Shown in pieces: positions 8,052-17,477 of a stretch of 35,665 nucleotides of DNA. The number at the start of each line of letters is the position of its first letter. The first letter of the stretch is position 1. The stretch is from the NCBI GenBank assembly GCA_964634655.1, contig CAZWJR010000004.1, forward strand, positions 1-35,665. Reading direction: 5' to 3'. The notes under the pieces are model-generated. The model was not told the DNA's origin. It searched no databases and worked only from the letters and a program-made list of their open reading frames with translations. Made by a program: the position numbers and the translations under genes. The DNA comes from an uncultured Isosphaeraceae bacterium. GTDB lineage: Bacteria; Planctomycetota; Phycisphaerae; Phycisphaerales; SM1A02.

Positions 8052-8966
8052 ATGAAACCGACGATCTCCAACGCGTTCAACGATGGATCAAGTGATATAA
8101 CCGGCAGCACGCGACCGCAGGAAAGCGCCTGGGGTACGCGACTGCCGAAGGATGATGCCGCTGCCCCCGCGCCGGAACAAGTCAAAGGCAAGCGTGGCAG
8201 CAAGCGCAATCCGCGCCAGAGCCTGGCGGCTTCTCTCGCCGCTATGCAGGTGGACCTGCGCGAAACGGATTTTGGCTGGTCTCTGGATTTGAGCCCGATG
8301 TTGGCGATCGATGCGCTGCAAGGTTTAAAGTTGTCCGCGCCGGATGGTTCGTCTCTGCTGTACCTGGTGAGCATGGAACAATCAACGTGGCGCGATGGCG
8401 AAGCGGAAATGCCGATCAGCGAGATCGTTGAGCGGCTGGCAATAACCGTGGCACAATGCATCAGCAGCGATCAACTGGTGATGGATGAAGCGTCATTGCA
8501 TCAATTGGTCAGCCTCTGCCAGCCTTCGCGGTTGGTGGCGGTGGCGGTGGAGGGGACGATTGATGAGCGCGATGCCAAGGCGATGACCAAGGCGATTGAT
8601 GCCGGGCAATCGCCGCTGGTGGCGGAACTGCGGGCGATCGCAGCGATTGAAGTGCTGGGCGATCGAGCCGTGGTTCTGCACAGCCGTGAGAAGCAGGTCG
8701 CGCTGACGCTGGTGGCGGACAATTTCCGGCACTATCTGGCTGCGTTGAGCCACACCGTGGCCAGCAAATTTGACGCTCCGGAATACTGGCAGATTGAGCG
8801 GTTGTTGAGCCTGACGGGAATGCTGACGGTCCGGCCGATTGAGACGCAGCGGTTTTCGACTTCGATTGATGTTGGGATCAACACGAACAAGGAACGGTTC
8901 ACGCAGCCGGCGGACCGGTCGCTGATTTACGATGTGCCGAGCAACACATGGCACGACGAACCGTGA
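8052..8966 (+). CDS. Hypothetical protein (basic, disordered N-terminus; about 240-aa C-terminal domain of unknown function)
   Basis: Strong SD AAGGGAGG 9 nt upstream of the ATG. A strong terminator follows. No motif recognised. Confidence 0.7.
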   Translation: MKPTISNAFNDGSSDITGSTRPQESAWGTRLPKDDAAAPAPEQVKGKRGSKRNPRQSLAASLAAMQVDLRETDFGWSLDLSPMLAIDALQGLKLSAPDGSSLLYLVSMEQSTWRDGEAEMPISEIVERLAITVAQCISSDQLVMDEASLHQLVSLCQPSRLVAVAVEGTIDERDAKAMTKAIDAGQSPLVAELRAIAAIEVLGDRAVVLHSREKQVALTLVADNFRHYLAALSHTVASKFDAPEYWQIERLLSLTGMLTVRPIETQRFSTSIDVGINTNKERFTQPADRSLIYDVPSNTWHDEP

Positions 8967-8997
8967 TGAACGGATAATGGGAGCGAGTTGGATACAG

Positions 8998-9037
8998 GCA
9001 ACACGCCAGGACGCCCAGCCTGGCGTGTTGCGTTTTT
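8998..9037 (+). terminator. Rho-independent terminator of the 8052..8966 gene
   Basis: Perfect 13-bp stem GCAACACGCCAGG/CCTGGCGTGTTGC, 8-nt loop, then GTTTTT. Confidence 0.85.
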
Positions 9038-9203
9038 GGCGTGGGATTTTGGGTAGGGTGGAAAGCGGAAAATGAGAAGTGCATTTGAGAGGCTGTCGGG
9101 AAATGTTGGAACCGCCGGGTGGAGTTCAGCGGATTCATTTGTGAGAACAACAAGTACGCGACGTATGGAGATGCGGCGCAGAGAGAAGATGGGAGACCAA
9201 GAG

Positions 9204-9240
9204 AACAGCCGATCCGTTTGGATCGGCTGTTGTTGTTTTC
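9204..9240. terminator. Hairpin terminator, probably serving the convergent mutase gene (possibly bidirectional)
   Basis: 12-bp stem AACAGCCGATCC/GGATCGGCTGTT with loop GTTT. The T-rich tail (GTTGTTTTCT) is on the plus strand. The hairpin sits about 55 nt downstream of the minus-strand mutase stop. Confidence 0.55.
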
Positions 9241-9285
9241 TGGGGAGTCATTGCGTCGGTGTGCGAGGCGTTTTGGGTTAACTCA

Positions 9286-10977
9286 TCACCACTCCGGCCC
9301 GCCGGTGTACCTGCCATACACATCCGCCATCGCCTGCACCATTTCACCCAGTGTGCAGTTGGCGAGCGCGCCATCTACCAATGCGGGCATGACATTTTGA
9401 TTGCCACGTGCTGCCTTGCGAATGGTGTCCAACGCGTTCTTCGCGCCGTCCGCGTTGCGATTTTTCTTGAACTTCGTCAGCCGATCGCACTGCTCGGTTT
9501 CCACTTTGTGATCAATTTGAAGGATCTCGACCTGGTGCTCTTCGTTGCCATCGGTGTAGGCGTTGACGCCGACGCTGATGCGGTCGCCCGCTTCCATTTC
9601 CTGGCCGAAGCGGTAACTGGCCTCGGCGATCGATCTGCGGAAGTAGCCCTTGTGAATGCCTTCCACCACGCCGCCCATGTCGTCGATGGTTTTGATGATG
9701 TCGTTGGCGTCTTTCTCCATTTGATCGGTGAGAGCTTCAACGAACCACGATCCGCCCAGTGGATCAACGGTGCGATGGACGCCGGTTTCATGGGCGAGAA
9801 TCTGCTGGGTGCGCAATGCGACGCGCACGGCAGTCTCCGTGGGCAGGCCCAACGTTTCATCCATGGAATCAGTATGAAGCGACTGGCAGCCACCCAGCAC
9901 ACCCGCCATGGCCTGATAGGCGACGCGGATGATGTTGTTGAGCGGTTGCTGCTCCGTGAGCGAGCAACCGGCGGTCTGCACGTGGGTCCGCATGAGCCAA
10001 CCGCGGGAGGACTTGGCCCCGTAACGTTCTTTCATGGCGTGAGCCCAGATTCGCCGGGCGGCCCGCAGTTTGCAGATTTCCTCAAAGAATTCGTTGTGGC
10101 TGTTGAAGAAGAACGAGAGGCGGGGGGCGAAAGCATCCGCATCCATGCCGCGCTTCAGGCACCATTCCACGTATTCCATGCCGTCACGGAGTGTGAAGGC
10201 GAGTTCCTGCGTAGCAGTGGAGCCAGCCTCCCGGATGTGGTAGCCGCTGATGGAAACACTGTTCCACTTCGGCACGTGTTTGGTCTGGAACTCAATTGTG
10301 TCCACAACCAGTTTCACGCTGGCTTCGGGCGGATAGATGAACTCGTTCTGTGAGTGAAACTCCTTGAGGATGTCGTTCTGCAGCGTGCCGCCGAGTTCGG
10401 TCCATGCGATACCGCGCTGCTTTGCCATCGCAAGGTACATGGCCCAGATGACGGCGGCAGGCCCGTTGATGGTTTGCGAAACGGTGACTTTATCGACGGG
10501 AATATCTGCATACAGGCGGTGCATGTCCTCAATGGTGCAGATCGCCACGCCGCAGCGGCCAACTTCGCCAGCGCTAAGTGGATCATCGCTGTCTCTTCCC
10601 ATGAGGGTGGGCAGATCGAACGCGGTGGAGAGACCGGTGTTTGTGTTGCCGTGGCTGGCGTTTTCAAGGAGGTATTTGAAACGCTTGTTGGTGTCATCCG
10701 CAGAGCCAAAGCCGGCGAACTGCCTCATGGTCCACAAACGATCGCGGTACATGCCCTTGTGGATGCCGCGCGTGTAGGGGAATTGGCCGGGCTGATTGAT
10801 GCGAGCGTGAGGATGGCTTGGGTTGGCGGGATCAACGGCGTTGACCTGCTCCGGGTCATAGACCGGATCGACAACGTAGCCGGAGATCGTGACAGCTTCC
10901 GGATCGGGCTTTGATGGGGCGACTTTGGCGGGAGCGGAATCGGTAGCCGGCAAAGGCTTCTTGTGCAGCGTGCTCAT
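9286..10977 (-). CDS. Acyl-CoA mutase large subunit (methylmalonyl-CoA mutase family catalytic domain, no fused B12-binding domain)
   Basis: [36 protein letters not shown] and [10 protein letters not shown]. At 563 aa it ends where the TIM-barrel domain ends. Confidence 0.9.
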   Translation of the reverse strand: MSTLHKKPLPATDSAPAKVAPSKPDPEAVTISGYVVDPVYDPEQVNAVDPANPSHPHARINQPGQFPYTRGIHKGMYRDRLWTMRQFAGFGSADDTNKRFKYLLENASHGNTNTGLSTAFDLPTLMGRDSDDPLSAGEVGRCGVAICTIEDMHRLYADIPVDKVTVSQTINGPAAVIWAMYLAMAKQRGIAWTELGGTLQNDILKEFHSQNEFIYPPEASVKLVVDTIEFQTKHVPKWNSVSISGYHIREAGSTATQELAFTLRDGMEYVEWCLKRGMDADAFAPRLSFFFNSHNEFFEEICKLRAARRIWAHAMKERYGAKSSRGWLMRTHVQTAGCSLTEQQPLNNIIRVAYQAMAGVLGGCQSLHTDSMDETLGLPTETAVRVALRTQQILAHETGVHRTVDPLGGSWFVEALTDQMEKDANDIIKTIDDMGGVVEGIHKGYFRRSIAEASYRFGQEMEAGDRISVGVNAYTDGNEEHQVEILQIDHKVETEQCDRLTKFKKNRNADGAKNALDTIRKAARGNQNVMPALVDGALANCTLGEMVQAMADVYGRYTGGPEW

Positions 10978-11030
10978 GGCGTAATGGTAGCGTGCCGGGC
11001 GGCTGCGAAACAGCAGTTTCTTGCCGCAAA

Positions 11031-12782
11031 TCAGGGTGCGGCAGGAGCCGGATTACCGCCGGTGAACTTCAATGGCATATCTCGCAGCGGCTGCAAATGG
11101 CCATCCGGATCGACACGCAATTGCCCGGTTTCCAGCAGATAGCGAAGGATGGCGACCTGCAAATCGCGTGCGGCGGAATCGCGGCGATCACGAGCACGGG
11201 CAAGCGCGTTGGAGGCATCAGTGGCGTCACGGGTGGTGGCCCGATCCGGGGCGGCTTCAATGCTGTCCACCCGCTGCTGGCCGACCAGAACGCTTCGCTC
11301 TTGAATCTCCAGAGTGAAGCGAGCACGATCAATATCGCGCACGGCAGAGCGCACGTTGATCGTGGCAGAGTCACGCAGTTGATCAAAAGAGCGGCGTTGG
11401 CGTTCAAGGCGAATCTGCGCCTGCCGCACACCCATGCGCTCTATATCACGATCGAGCGGCATGGAAAAGGTAACGCCTGCTGAAAGTGTTGAATCGCCTG
11501 GAGAGAATCCCAATCCGCCACGGTTCTTGGATGGGTCGGTCGGCATGGAGGCCGAACCTGTCAGATTCAAATCAGGAAGAACGTTGTTGTTGGCGACTTC
11601 CACAAATCGCAAAGCGTCGTCAACCTGATCGCGGCCTGTTTGCAAATCAAGGCGAAAGGCCATGGCTTGCGTCACAGCGGATTCCAGATCAACCTGCGGC
11701 GGGGCCAGGTCATAGCCCGAAGGCACAATGACGACGGCCTGATCGAGCGAAATGCCAAGGCGGACTTTGAAGCGGTCGATGGCCAGCCGCAGGCTCTCGC
11801 GCCGCGAATTCAGGGTATCCAACGCAGAGACGGCGGACTGTTCGGCCAAACCCTTTTGAAACAGCGGGCTGCGGCCGGATTCGTACAGCGCGGCTTCGCG
11901 TTTCGCCACAAGTTCAATGCCTTTGAGTTCATTCTCGGCGTTGGCAACGGAACGCTGAAGCACGATGAGGTTGAGAAAATCCTGGGCGATATCAAAGAAG
12001 AAGTCGCGGCGGAATTGCTCGTAATCACGTGCGGCGTAAATGAGATCACGCTCTGCCTGGATACGAGATTCCCGGGCTGAAATTCCAGCCCCGCGAAGCA
12101 GGGGAATGTCAGCTTGAAGAATGAGCGTGGCGTCCTGCACGTTTTCGGCGGCGACGCGCTGGTGCAAGTCTTCGGCGGCGGTGGCAAGCGCGCGGGCGGA
12201 AATGGAACCGCCATATGGCAGGCGTTGCGTGACGCCAAACTCGTTCACGAGCCGGAGCGAGGTGTCATACATGCCATCGTTGCCACGGCCGATGACAGTG
12301 GCGCTGGTGTCATTGAAGAACCGCGGGCCCCAAAGGTGGCGTTCAATCAAAAGCCGGAGTGCCGCAAGAACGTATTCCTCTTGCGCAAACTGGTGTTCGC
12401 GGCTGGATTTGGCGGCTACGGAAAGCGCGTATGGCAAATCCACCTTCAACGCATCATTGGGGGTGACGTTGTAGGCGTTAAGCCTCGCAAGGACGTTGGT
12501 GGCATCCTCGATGGCGCGGTATGGAAGTTCCGAGGCGGCGGGGTTGACCGTGGGTGGATTCTCCGATGCGGCGGCACTCCGGCGAGTGACACGGTCGTTC
12601 GAGGATTGCGGCGAGGTCCTTGTCGGCGGGTAGGCATCCGGCCCAAGCGATTGGCTGGATTCGTGAACCATCGATTCCACTCTTTGATCAATGCGCTGGA
12701 ACGGTGGCTGGCAACCGGTGCAGACAACGGCCGCCAACAGAGCGCCAAATCGCCCGACGGAGGCAAAGTTTGATGAGGACAT
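11031..12782 (-). CDS. TolC-family outer membrane efflux protein
   Basis: Two-repeat OEP-like architecture rich in L/A/R/D/Q coiled segments. Signal peptide [25 protein letters not shown] use the ATG at 12782; the track ORF reaches 12956. Confidence 0.8.
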   Translation of the reverse strand: MSSSNFASVGRFGALLAAVVCTGCQPPFQRIDQRVESMVHESSQSLGPDAYPPTRTSPQSSNDRVTRRSAAASENPPTVNPAASELPYRAIEDATNVLARLNAYNVTPNDALKVDLPYALSVAAKSSREHQFAQEEYVLAALRLLIERHLWGPRFFNDTSATVIGRGNDGMYDTSLRLVNEFGVTQRLPYGGSISARALATAAEDLHQRVAAENVQDATLILQADIPLLRGAGISARESRIQAERDLIYAARDYEQFRRDFFFDIAQDFLNLIVLQRSVANAENELKGIELVAKREAALYESGRSPLFQKGLAEQSAVSALDTLNSRRESLRLAIDRFKVRLGISLDQAVVIVPSGYDLAPPQVDLESAVTQAMAFRLDLQTGRDQVDDALRFVEVANNNVLPDLNLTGSASMPTDPSKNRGGLGFSPGDSTLSAGVTFSMPLDRDIERMGVRQAQIRLERQRRSFDQLRDSATINVRSAVRDIDRARFTLEIQERSVLVGQQRVDSIEAAPDRATTRDATDASNALARARDRRDSAARDLQVAILRYLLETGQLRVDPDGHLQPLRDMPLKFTGGNPAPAAP

Positions 12783-13061
12783 GAAGTTCACGGCAATGCA
12801 CTGTACCGCCACGCTCGGTTTCCGTCGCAGAACGCAGGGAGTTTTGACGGTCCTGCCCGCATGTGCAAGAGATGGCTTGAGACCGTAATATGGCGTCTGA
12901 TTGAGCCTGCAGCGGTTGAAGGTGAGAAGATTGAAACTGGCGAGGGAGATTATCAAGGCAGATACCCGGTTCTGCGGCCCGAACCAGATTGGCGTTTTCC
13001 CACCCGTTTTTGCCGGAACATCCTGTGACTCCTGATATCACGTCCAGCGCCACCTGAACTC

Positions 13062-15947
13062 ATGCCCAGCCTCACCTACAACGGACAGAGTTTCTCGATT
13101 GATGGGCGGCGGTTGTGGATATTGGGTGCCTCAATTGAATACGCGCGAGTTCCCGCCGCACTATGGGCTTCCCGGATCGCCGCTGCCAAGCAGGCGGGGT
13201 TCAACACGATTGAAACGGGTTGCCCGTGGATGGTGCATGAACCGCGAAAAGGCCGCATGGTCTTTGATGGCGATGCAAACATTCGGCAGTTCATTCAATT
13301 GTGCGGCAAGGCAGGTATGCGTGTCATCCTGCGGCCGGGGCCTTCCATCGGTAGCCAGTTTGACGGCGGCGGCCTGCCCGGCTGGCTTATCGAAACGCCG
13401 GAGATTCGTCTGCGTGAAAACAACACGCTCTTTCTCGAGCACGTCAGCCGCTATTTTCGGCGTTTGCTTGGAGAAGTTTCGGATCTTCAGGTCACGTCAT
13501 CACCGGCAGGGCCCATTCTGCTGGTGCAAAGTGAACATGCGTGGACGTGCGCCAACGAGACGCAGGCTGGCTCGTATCTGAATGAGATCACTCGATTCAT
13601 CCGAGAAAGCGGCATCACCGTACCGATCATCAATTCCAACGACTTGTGGCAGGACACGCCGGGCACGATTGATACGTGGCGAGGCTATGACGAATTGCTT
13701 GTTCAAGTGCGGCAGTTGCGCACGGTTCAGCCGACCGCGCCTCGATTGGTAAGCGAGTTTGAGGCCGCGGAAGTGCAAACGTGGGGCCCCAAGTCGCAGG
13801 GCGCGAGGTCCAAGCGTCGAGCCAGCGAGGGAGTCGCACAGAAATCGCCGGAAGAAGTCGTGCGGCGTTTGGCGGAAGTACTTGCTACCGGTGCGCAACC
13901 GATTGTCACGCCGTTCCATGCGGGAACGAACTGGGGATTTCTGGGTGGGCGAATTCCTATCGCAAGCGACGGCGGTGGCTTTGTAACCACCGCCGGATTT
14001 GCTGATCCGCCACTGGGGCAAGCCGGCACGCGCGGCAGGAAATACCACGCCATCCGCCGGCTCATCACTTTCGCCAATCACTTCAGTCATGTGTTTGCGG
14101 AGTTGGAGCCGGAGTATCAGCCGACCGTTTTGGACCCGGAAACTGAAGCTGGAAGTGGCAAATCACAGATCAGCGTGGTTGCGCTGCGAGGCTCGCAGGG
14201 ACGAATTGTGTTTGTGTTTGGTGAAGAGAGCAAACAGCGATTGACCGGCAGCGGACCCACGCCAGCAGCAACGCTGGCATTGGATGATGGCATCCGCCTG
14301 CCGGTGCATCTGGGTGATCAATCGGTTGGCTGGTTTGCGCTGGATGTCGATTTGCACGGCGCGGGAAGATTGGATTACTCCAACATCTGCCCGTGGGCTG
14401 TGGTGGATCGTTCCATTGTCATTTTCCAGGGACCCGCCAAAGCCAGTGTTTTTCTCTCCATCGGTGGCACGCCGCTGGAAGTTGCCGTGCCCGGCAGCGG
14501 TGATCACAAGCCGCTGGTCGTTCCCCACAAGGGTTTGACTATCGTGATCTGCAACCATGAGCAGATCGACGCCACTTACCACGATGACAAGACGGTGTAC
14601 GTTGGAGTCAGCGGTTTTGACGCCAACGGCAATCCGCTTCCGCATGATCAGTTTCCCAAGGCAAGCGTCGTTCGACACAATACAAAGGTCGAATTGAAAG
14701 ACACGCGAGCGGCTGGAAACGCTGTTGCCGGAACGGCGAAGAACAAGCAGCAATTGATTCCGTTGGTGGGTTGGCAGGTTGCATCGGGGGCGGCTCACGT
14801 AAGTGGTGAATCACCGCGATACGCTTCGCTTGAAGGACCGGAATCATTAAGCGAATGTGGAGCGCCTTGGGGATATGGCTGGTATCGCGTGAATCTGTCC
14901 GGCTCCGGCCGCAAGTTGTGTCACATCCCACATGGGGGAGATCGGTTGCACTTGTTCGTGGATGGGGCACGCAGACACTTGTTTGGAGCCGGACCGGCTG
15001 CGGATGCTGGACCGTTTGATCTGCAACTTGGGTCAGGGCGCGGCGGCGGTGGGTCCGTGCTTGTTGCTCTGGCGGACAATCTGGGGCGATTTTCCAGTGG
15101 CAACGATCTTTCCCGGCCGACCGGGCTTTGGGGTCATGTGTATGAAGTGAAGAAACTGCGATCCATCAAAGCCAAAGTGCAGACGGCGAATCCGGCAAGT
15201 CCATTCTCGCTTCGCGGATTCATCTCCGGTCTGGATGCCTCGCAGTCAAGCGACAGCGAGCAGGCTGTATGGAAATTCTCTCACACGCGCAAGACGCCAA
15301 TCATCCTTGATATAGATGGTGCTCGTTGCAGCGGTACGTTTGTGCTGAACGATGTGCCAATTGCCTACTACGCAGGGGAAACCGGCGGTTGCAGCGATCG
15401 CATCTTGCTGGGCGCGCAGAACGAGGACTCCTTCAAGCGCGGCAAAAATGTTCTGCGGTTCGCGCCCGATGCAAAACACGGCTCCACGGGTGCAGCACAA
15501 GAGATGGCGAAGATAGCGAAGTTCTATGAATGCGTGGATTCACTCACCAAGTCGGCCGATGGCTGGGCCTATGCCAAATGGGAACCACCGCCAGCCGCGA
15601 GTTATGCCGTGCCGCCGAAGTCGAAATCGAAGGATGCTCGCGGAGTGCCGTGCTGGTGGCGGGCGAAGTTCGATGCTCCAAATGCGGCGGCCGACGATTC
15701 AACAGCGTACTGGCTTGATACAACGGGCATGAGCAAGGGCCAGGCGTTTTTGAACGGTCAAAACCTGGGTCGATATTTCACCGCGACAGGACAGGGAAAG
15801 CCGGTGGGGCCGCAGGTGCGGCTGTATATCCCCGAACCGTGGCTGAAACCCGGGCATGCCAATGAAATCATTCTCTTTGACGAGTACGGCTTCGACCCTG
15901 CACGCGTAAGACTTGTCCGAGGTCCCGAGGAAATGGCGGGGTCGTGA
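13062..15947 (+). CDS. Glycoside hydrolase family 35 (beta-galactosidase)-like protein with a non-canonical acid/base region
   Basis: GFNTIETGCPWMVHEP, VILRPGP..GGGLPGWL and SEF..WG (nucleophile region). C-terminal jelly-roll GQAFLNGQNLGRYF...PQVRLYIPEPWLKPG.NEIILFDE. The expected VQxENEYG reads VQSEHAW (13524-13544). Confidence 0.8.
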   Translation: MPSLTYNGQSFSIDGRRLWILGASIEYARVPAALWASRIAAAKQAGFNTIETGCPWMVHEPRKGRMVFDGDANIRQFIQLCGKAGMRVILRPGPSIGSQFDGGGLPGWLIETPEIRLRENNTLFLEHVSRYFRRLLGEVSDLQVTSSPAGPILLVQSEHAWTCANETQAGSYLNEITRFIRESGITVPIINSNDLWQDTPGTIDTWRGYDELLVQVRQLRTVQPTAPRLVSEFEAAEVQTWGPKSQGARSKRRASEGVAQKSPEEVVRRLAEVLATGAQPIVTPFHAGTNWGFLGGRIPIASDGGGFVTTAGFADPPLGQAGTRGRKYHAIRRLITFANHFSHVFAELEPEYQPTVLDPETEAGSGKSQISVVALRGSQGRIVFVFGEESKQRLTGSGPTPAATLALDDGIRLPVHLGDQSVGWFALDVDLHGAGRLDYSNICPWAVVDRSIVIFQGPAKASVFLSIGGTPLEVAVPGSGDHKPLVVPHKGLTIVICNHEQIDATYHDDKTVYVGVSGFDANGNPLPHDQFPKASVVRHNTKVELKDTRAAGNAVAGTAKNKQQLIPLVGWQVASGAAHVSGESPRYASLEGPESLSECGAPWGYGWYRVNLSGSGRKLCHIPHGGDRLHLFVDGARRHLFGAGPAADAGPFDLQLGSGRGGGGSVLVALADNLGRFSSGNDLSRPTGLWGHVYEVKKLRSIKAKVQTANPASPFSLRGFISGLDASQSSDSEQAVWKFSHTRKTPIILDIDGARCSGTFVLNDVPIAYYAGETGGCSDRILLGAQNEDSFKRGKNVLRFAPDAKHGSTGAAQEMAKIAKFYECVDSLTKSADGWAYAKWEPPPAASYAVPPKSKSKDARGVPCWWRAKFDAPNAAADDSTAYWLDTTGMSKGQAFLNGQNLGRYFTATGQGKPVGPQVRLYIPEPWLKPGHANEIILFDEYGFDPARVRLVRGPEEMAGS

Positions 15948-16109
15948 GGGGTTTGGATGTGGGGATCTGGCAAACGTGACCACAATCTGTCCAGCGGCCG
16001 GAAATTCGAGACGCGGTGCTCTGGCTGGCCGCGTCAAATTAAGAATAATTCATGAATAATCCCATGACTGGATTTTGTTCCGGCCCAATTTGTCTTACAC
16101 TCTCCTTCA

Positions 16110-16715
16110 ATGAGACTCACGCCGTCAGATTCTGGTGCCTGGCCGGAAGATGTGATCCAACTGCTGGACGATCATCACCTGGTGGTGCTCTCCAGCTCGG
16201 CGAAAGCGCGGCAGCAATTCCACCACACGCTGGTGCAACACTTGGATGGGCTGGGGGAAACGGAAGTCATCGCCATTGATGGAGCCTCGGCGATTGACCT
16301 TCCATCCTTTTGCCAGCAATTGGAAAAGCAACTGACCGTGAAGCGGACGGGCCCATCGCCCTGGTGGCGGGATGTGAATAGTGTGATTGAAGTGTTGCGC
16401 GGGGCACAGGGAATGTCGAAGCGTCGCTATTTTGTGTGGAACGAAGCCCATGCCATGTTGGAGGCGAATGTGGATCTGTTTTGCAGACTGGTCAATGCAT
16501 TTTTTGGTGTGGCGGCAGAATACGAACACGTGAACATGGACCCTCTTGTACTCCAGCGCGTGGTATTCATCGGCGGGGCCAAACTTGGCGCGTATGCGGA
16601 AGACTCCAACGGGCAATTCAACCGATGGTTAGATGACGAAGAGGAATCGCCGTTCTGGGAGGTGGCCAGCGTAATGGAACGGCCGCCGGTGATCACGTAT
16701 CGGATCGACGGGTGA
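16110..16715 (+). CDS. Hypothetical cytoplasmic protein, possibly with a barstar-like immunity fold
   Basis: Clean 201-aa ORF after an AT-rich upstream region. The pattern IAIDGASAIDLPSFCQQLEKQL...WWRDVNSVIEVLRG...YFVWNEAHAML loosely parallels the barstar layout. Match by eye only. Confidence 0.6.
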   Translation: MRLTPSDSGAWPEDVIQLLDDHHLVVLSSSAKARQQFHHTLVQHLDGLGETEVIAIDGASAIDLPSFCQQLEKQLTVKRTGPSPWWRDVNSVIEVLRGAQGMSKRRYFVWNEAHAMLEANVDLFCRLVNAFFGVAAEYEHVNMDPLVLQRVVFIGGAKLGAYAEDSNGQFNRWLDDEEESPFWEVASVMERPPVITYRIDG

Positions 16716-16811
16716 TGGAATTTGCGATTCGCAACGATTGATTTACGATTGAGGCCTGCATACCGGCTTGATCGAAATGTCTTGCCGTCAAAAGCGTGAA
16801 TCGAAGAACAC

Positions 16812-17459
16812 TTGCCGAATCGCCACACTGATTTTGAAAACCTGCGCGTCTTCGAGCATCCGCTGATTCAGCAGAAACTGACACGGGCACGAGATCGACA
16901 GACGCCGCCCATGGAGTTTCGGCGACTTCTCAACGAGATCGCCGGGCTGATGACGTTCGAGATCAGTCGCAGTTTCGCCACACGAGAAATGGAAATTGAT
17001 ACGCCCCTGGAACGCACATCGGGAATCGTATTGAGCGAGCCGGTAACGCTGGTGCCGATCCTTCGCGCCGGAATCGGCATGACCGAAGGAGTGTTGTCCC
17101 TGATTCCCGAGGCGAGGGTGGCGCACGTCGGAATCTATCGCGATGAAAAGTCCCTTCTGCCTGTGGCGTACTACTCCAAATATCCGCCCGATATTGCCAA
17201 AGGACCAGTGCTGGTGATTGATCCCATGCTGGCGACGGGAGGATCGGCCTGTCACGCGGTGGCAGAACTCAAATTGAGAAACTGCCGCAACATCAAACTG
17301 GTTTGCCTTGTGTGCGCCCCGGAAGGTGTGCAGCGGATGCTGGATACGCACCCGGATGTAATCGTTTTCGCTGCGGGCTTGGACCGTGAATTGAACGAGC
17401 GCGGCTACATCATGCCGGGGTTGGGAGATGCAGGGGATCGGATTTTTGGCACGGCATAA
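16812..17459 (+). CDS. upp: Uracil phosphoribosyltransferase
   Basis: EHPLIQQKLTRARD, LVPILRAGIGM, VIDPMLATGGS and YIMPGLGDAGDRIFGT. TTG start; no in-frame ATG nearby. Confidence 0.9.
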   Translation: MPNRHTDFENLRVFEHPLIQQKLTRARDRQTPPMEFRRLLNEIAGLMTFEISRSFATREMEIDTPLERTSGIVLSEPVTLVPILRAGIGMTEGVLSLIPEARVAHVGIYRDEKSLLPVAYYSKYPPDIAKGPVLVIDPMLATGGSACHAVAELKLRNCRNIKLVCLVCAPEGVQRMLDTHPDVIVFAAGLDRELNERGYIMPGLGDAGDRIFGTA

Positions 17460-17477
17460 CAGCCGGAACCGAGGCGA

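Noticed and set aside
9041-9203. A second possible orphan transcript between the two hairpin terminators at 8998-9037 and 9204-9240.
   Set aside because: I found no promoter-like hexamers. The only ORF (9072..9281) reads through the hairpin. The second hairpin is more simply explained as the terminator of the convergent mutase gene.
9259-10353. Long antisense ORFs opposite confident genes. Examples: 9259..10353 opposite the mutase; 20066..21205, 22133..22981 and 22982..24118 opposite the Cys-module gene; 1152..1916 opposite tmk; 12114..12773 opposite the TolC-like gene; 28564..29124 opposite gpmI.
   Set aside because: The opposite strand carries clear family motifs in each case. High GC content, and GCA/GCC-rich repeats in the Cys-module gene, suppress stop codons on the antisense strand. 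The translated products are low-complexity R/G/A-rich sequences with no motifs.
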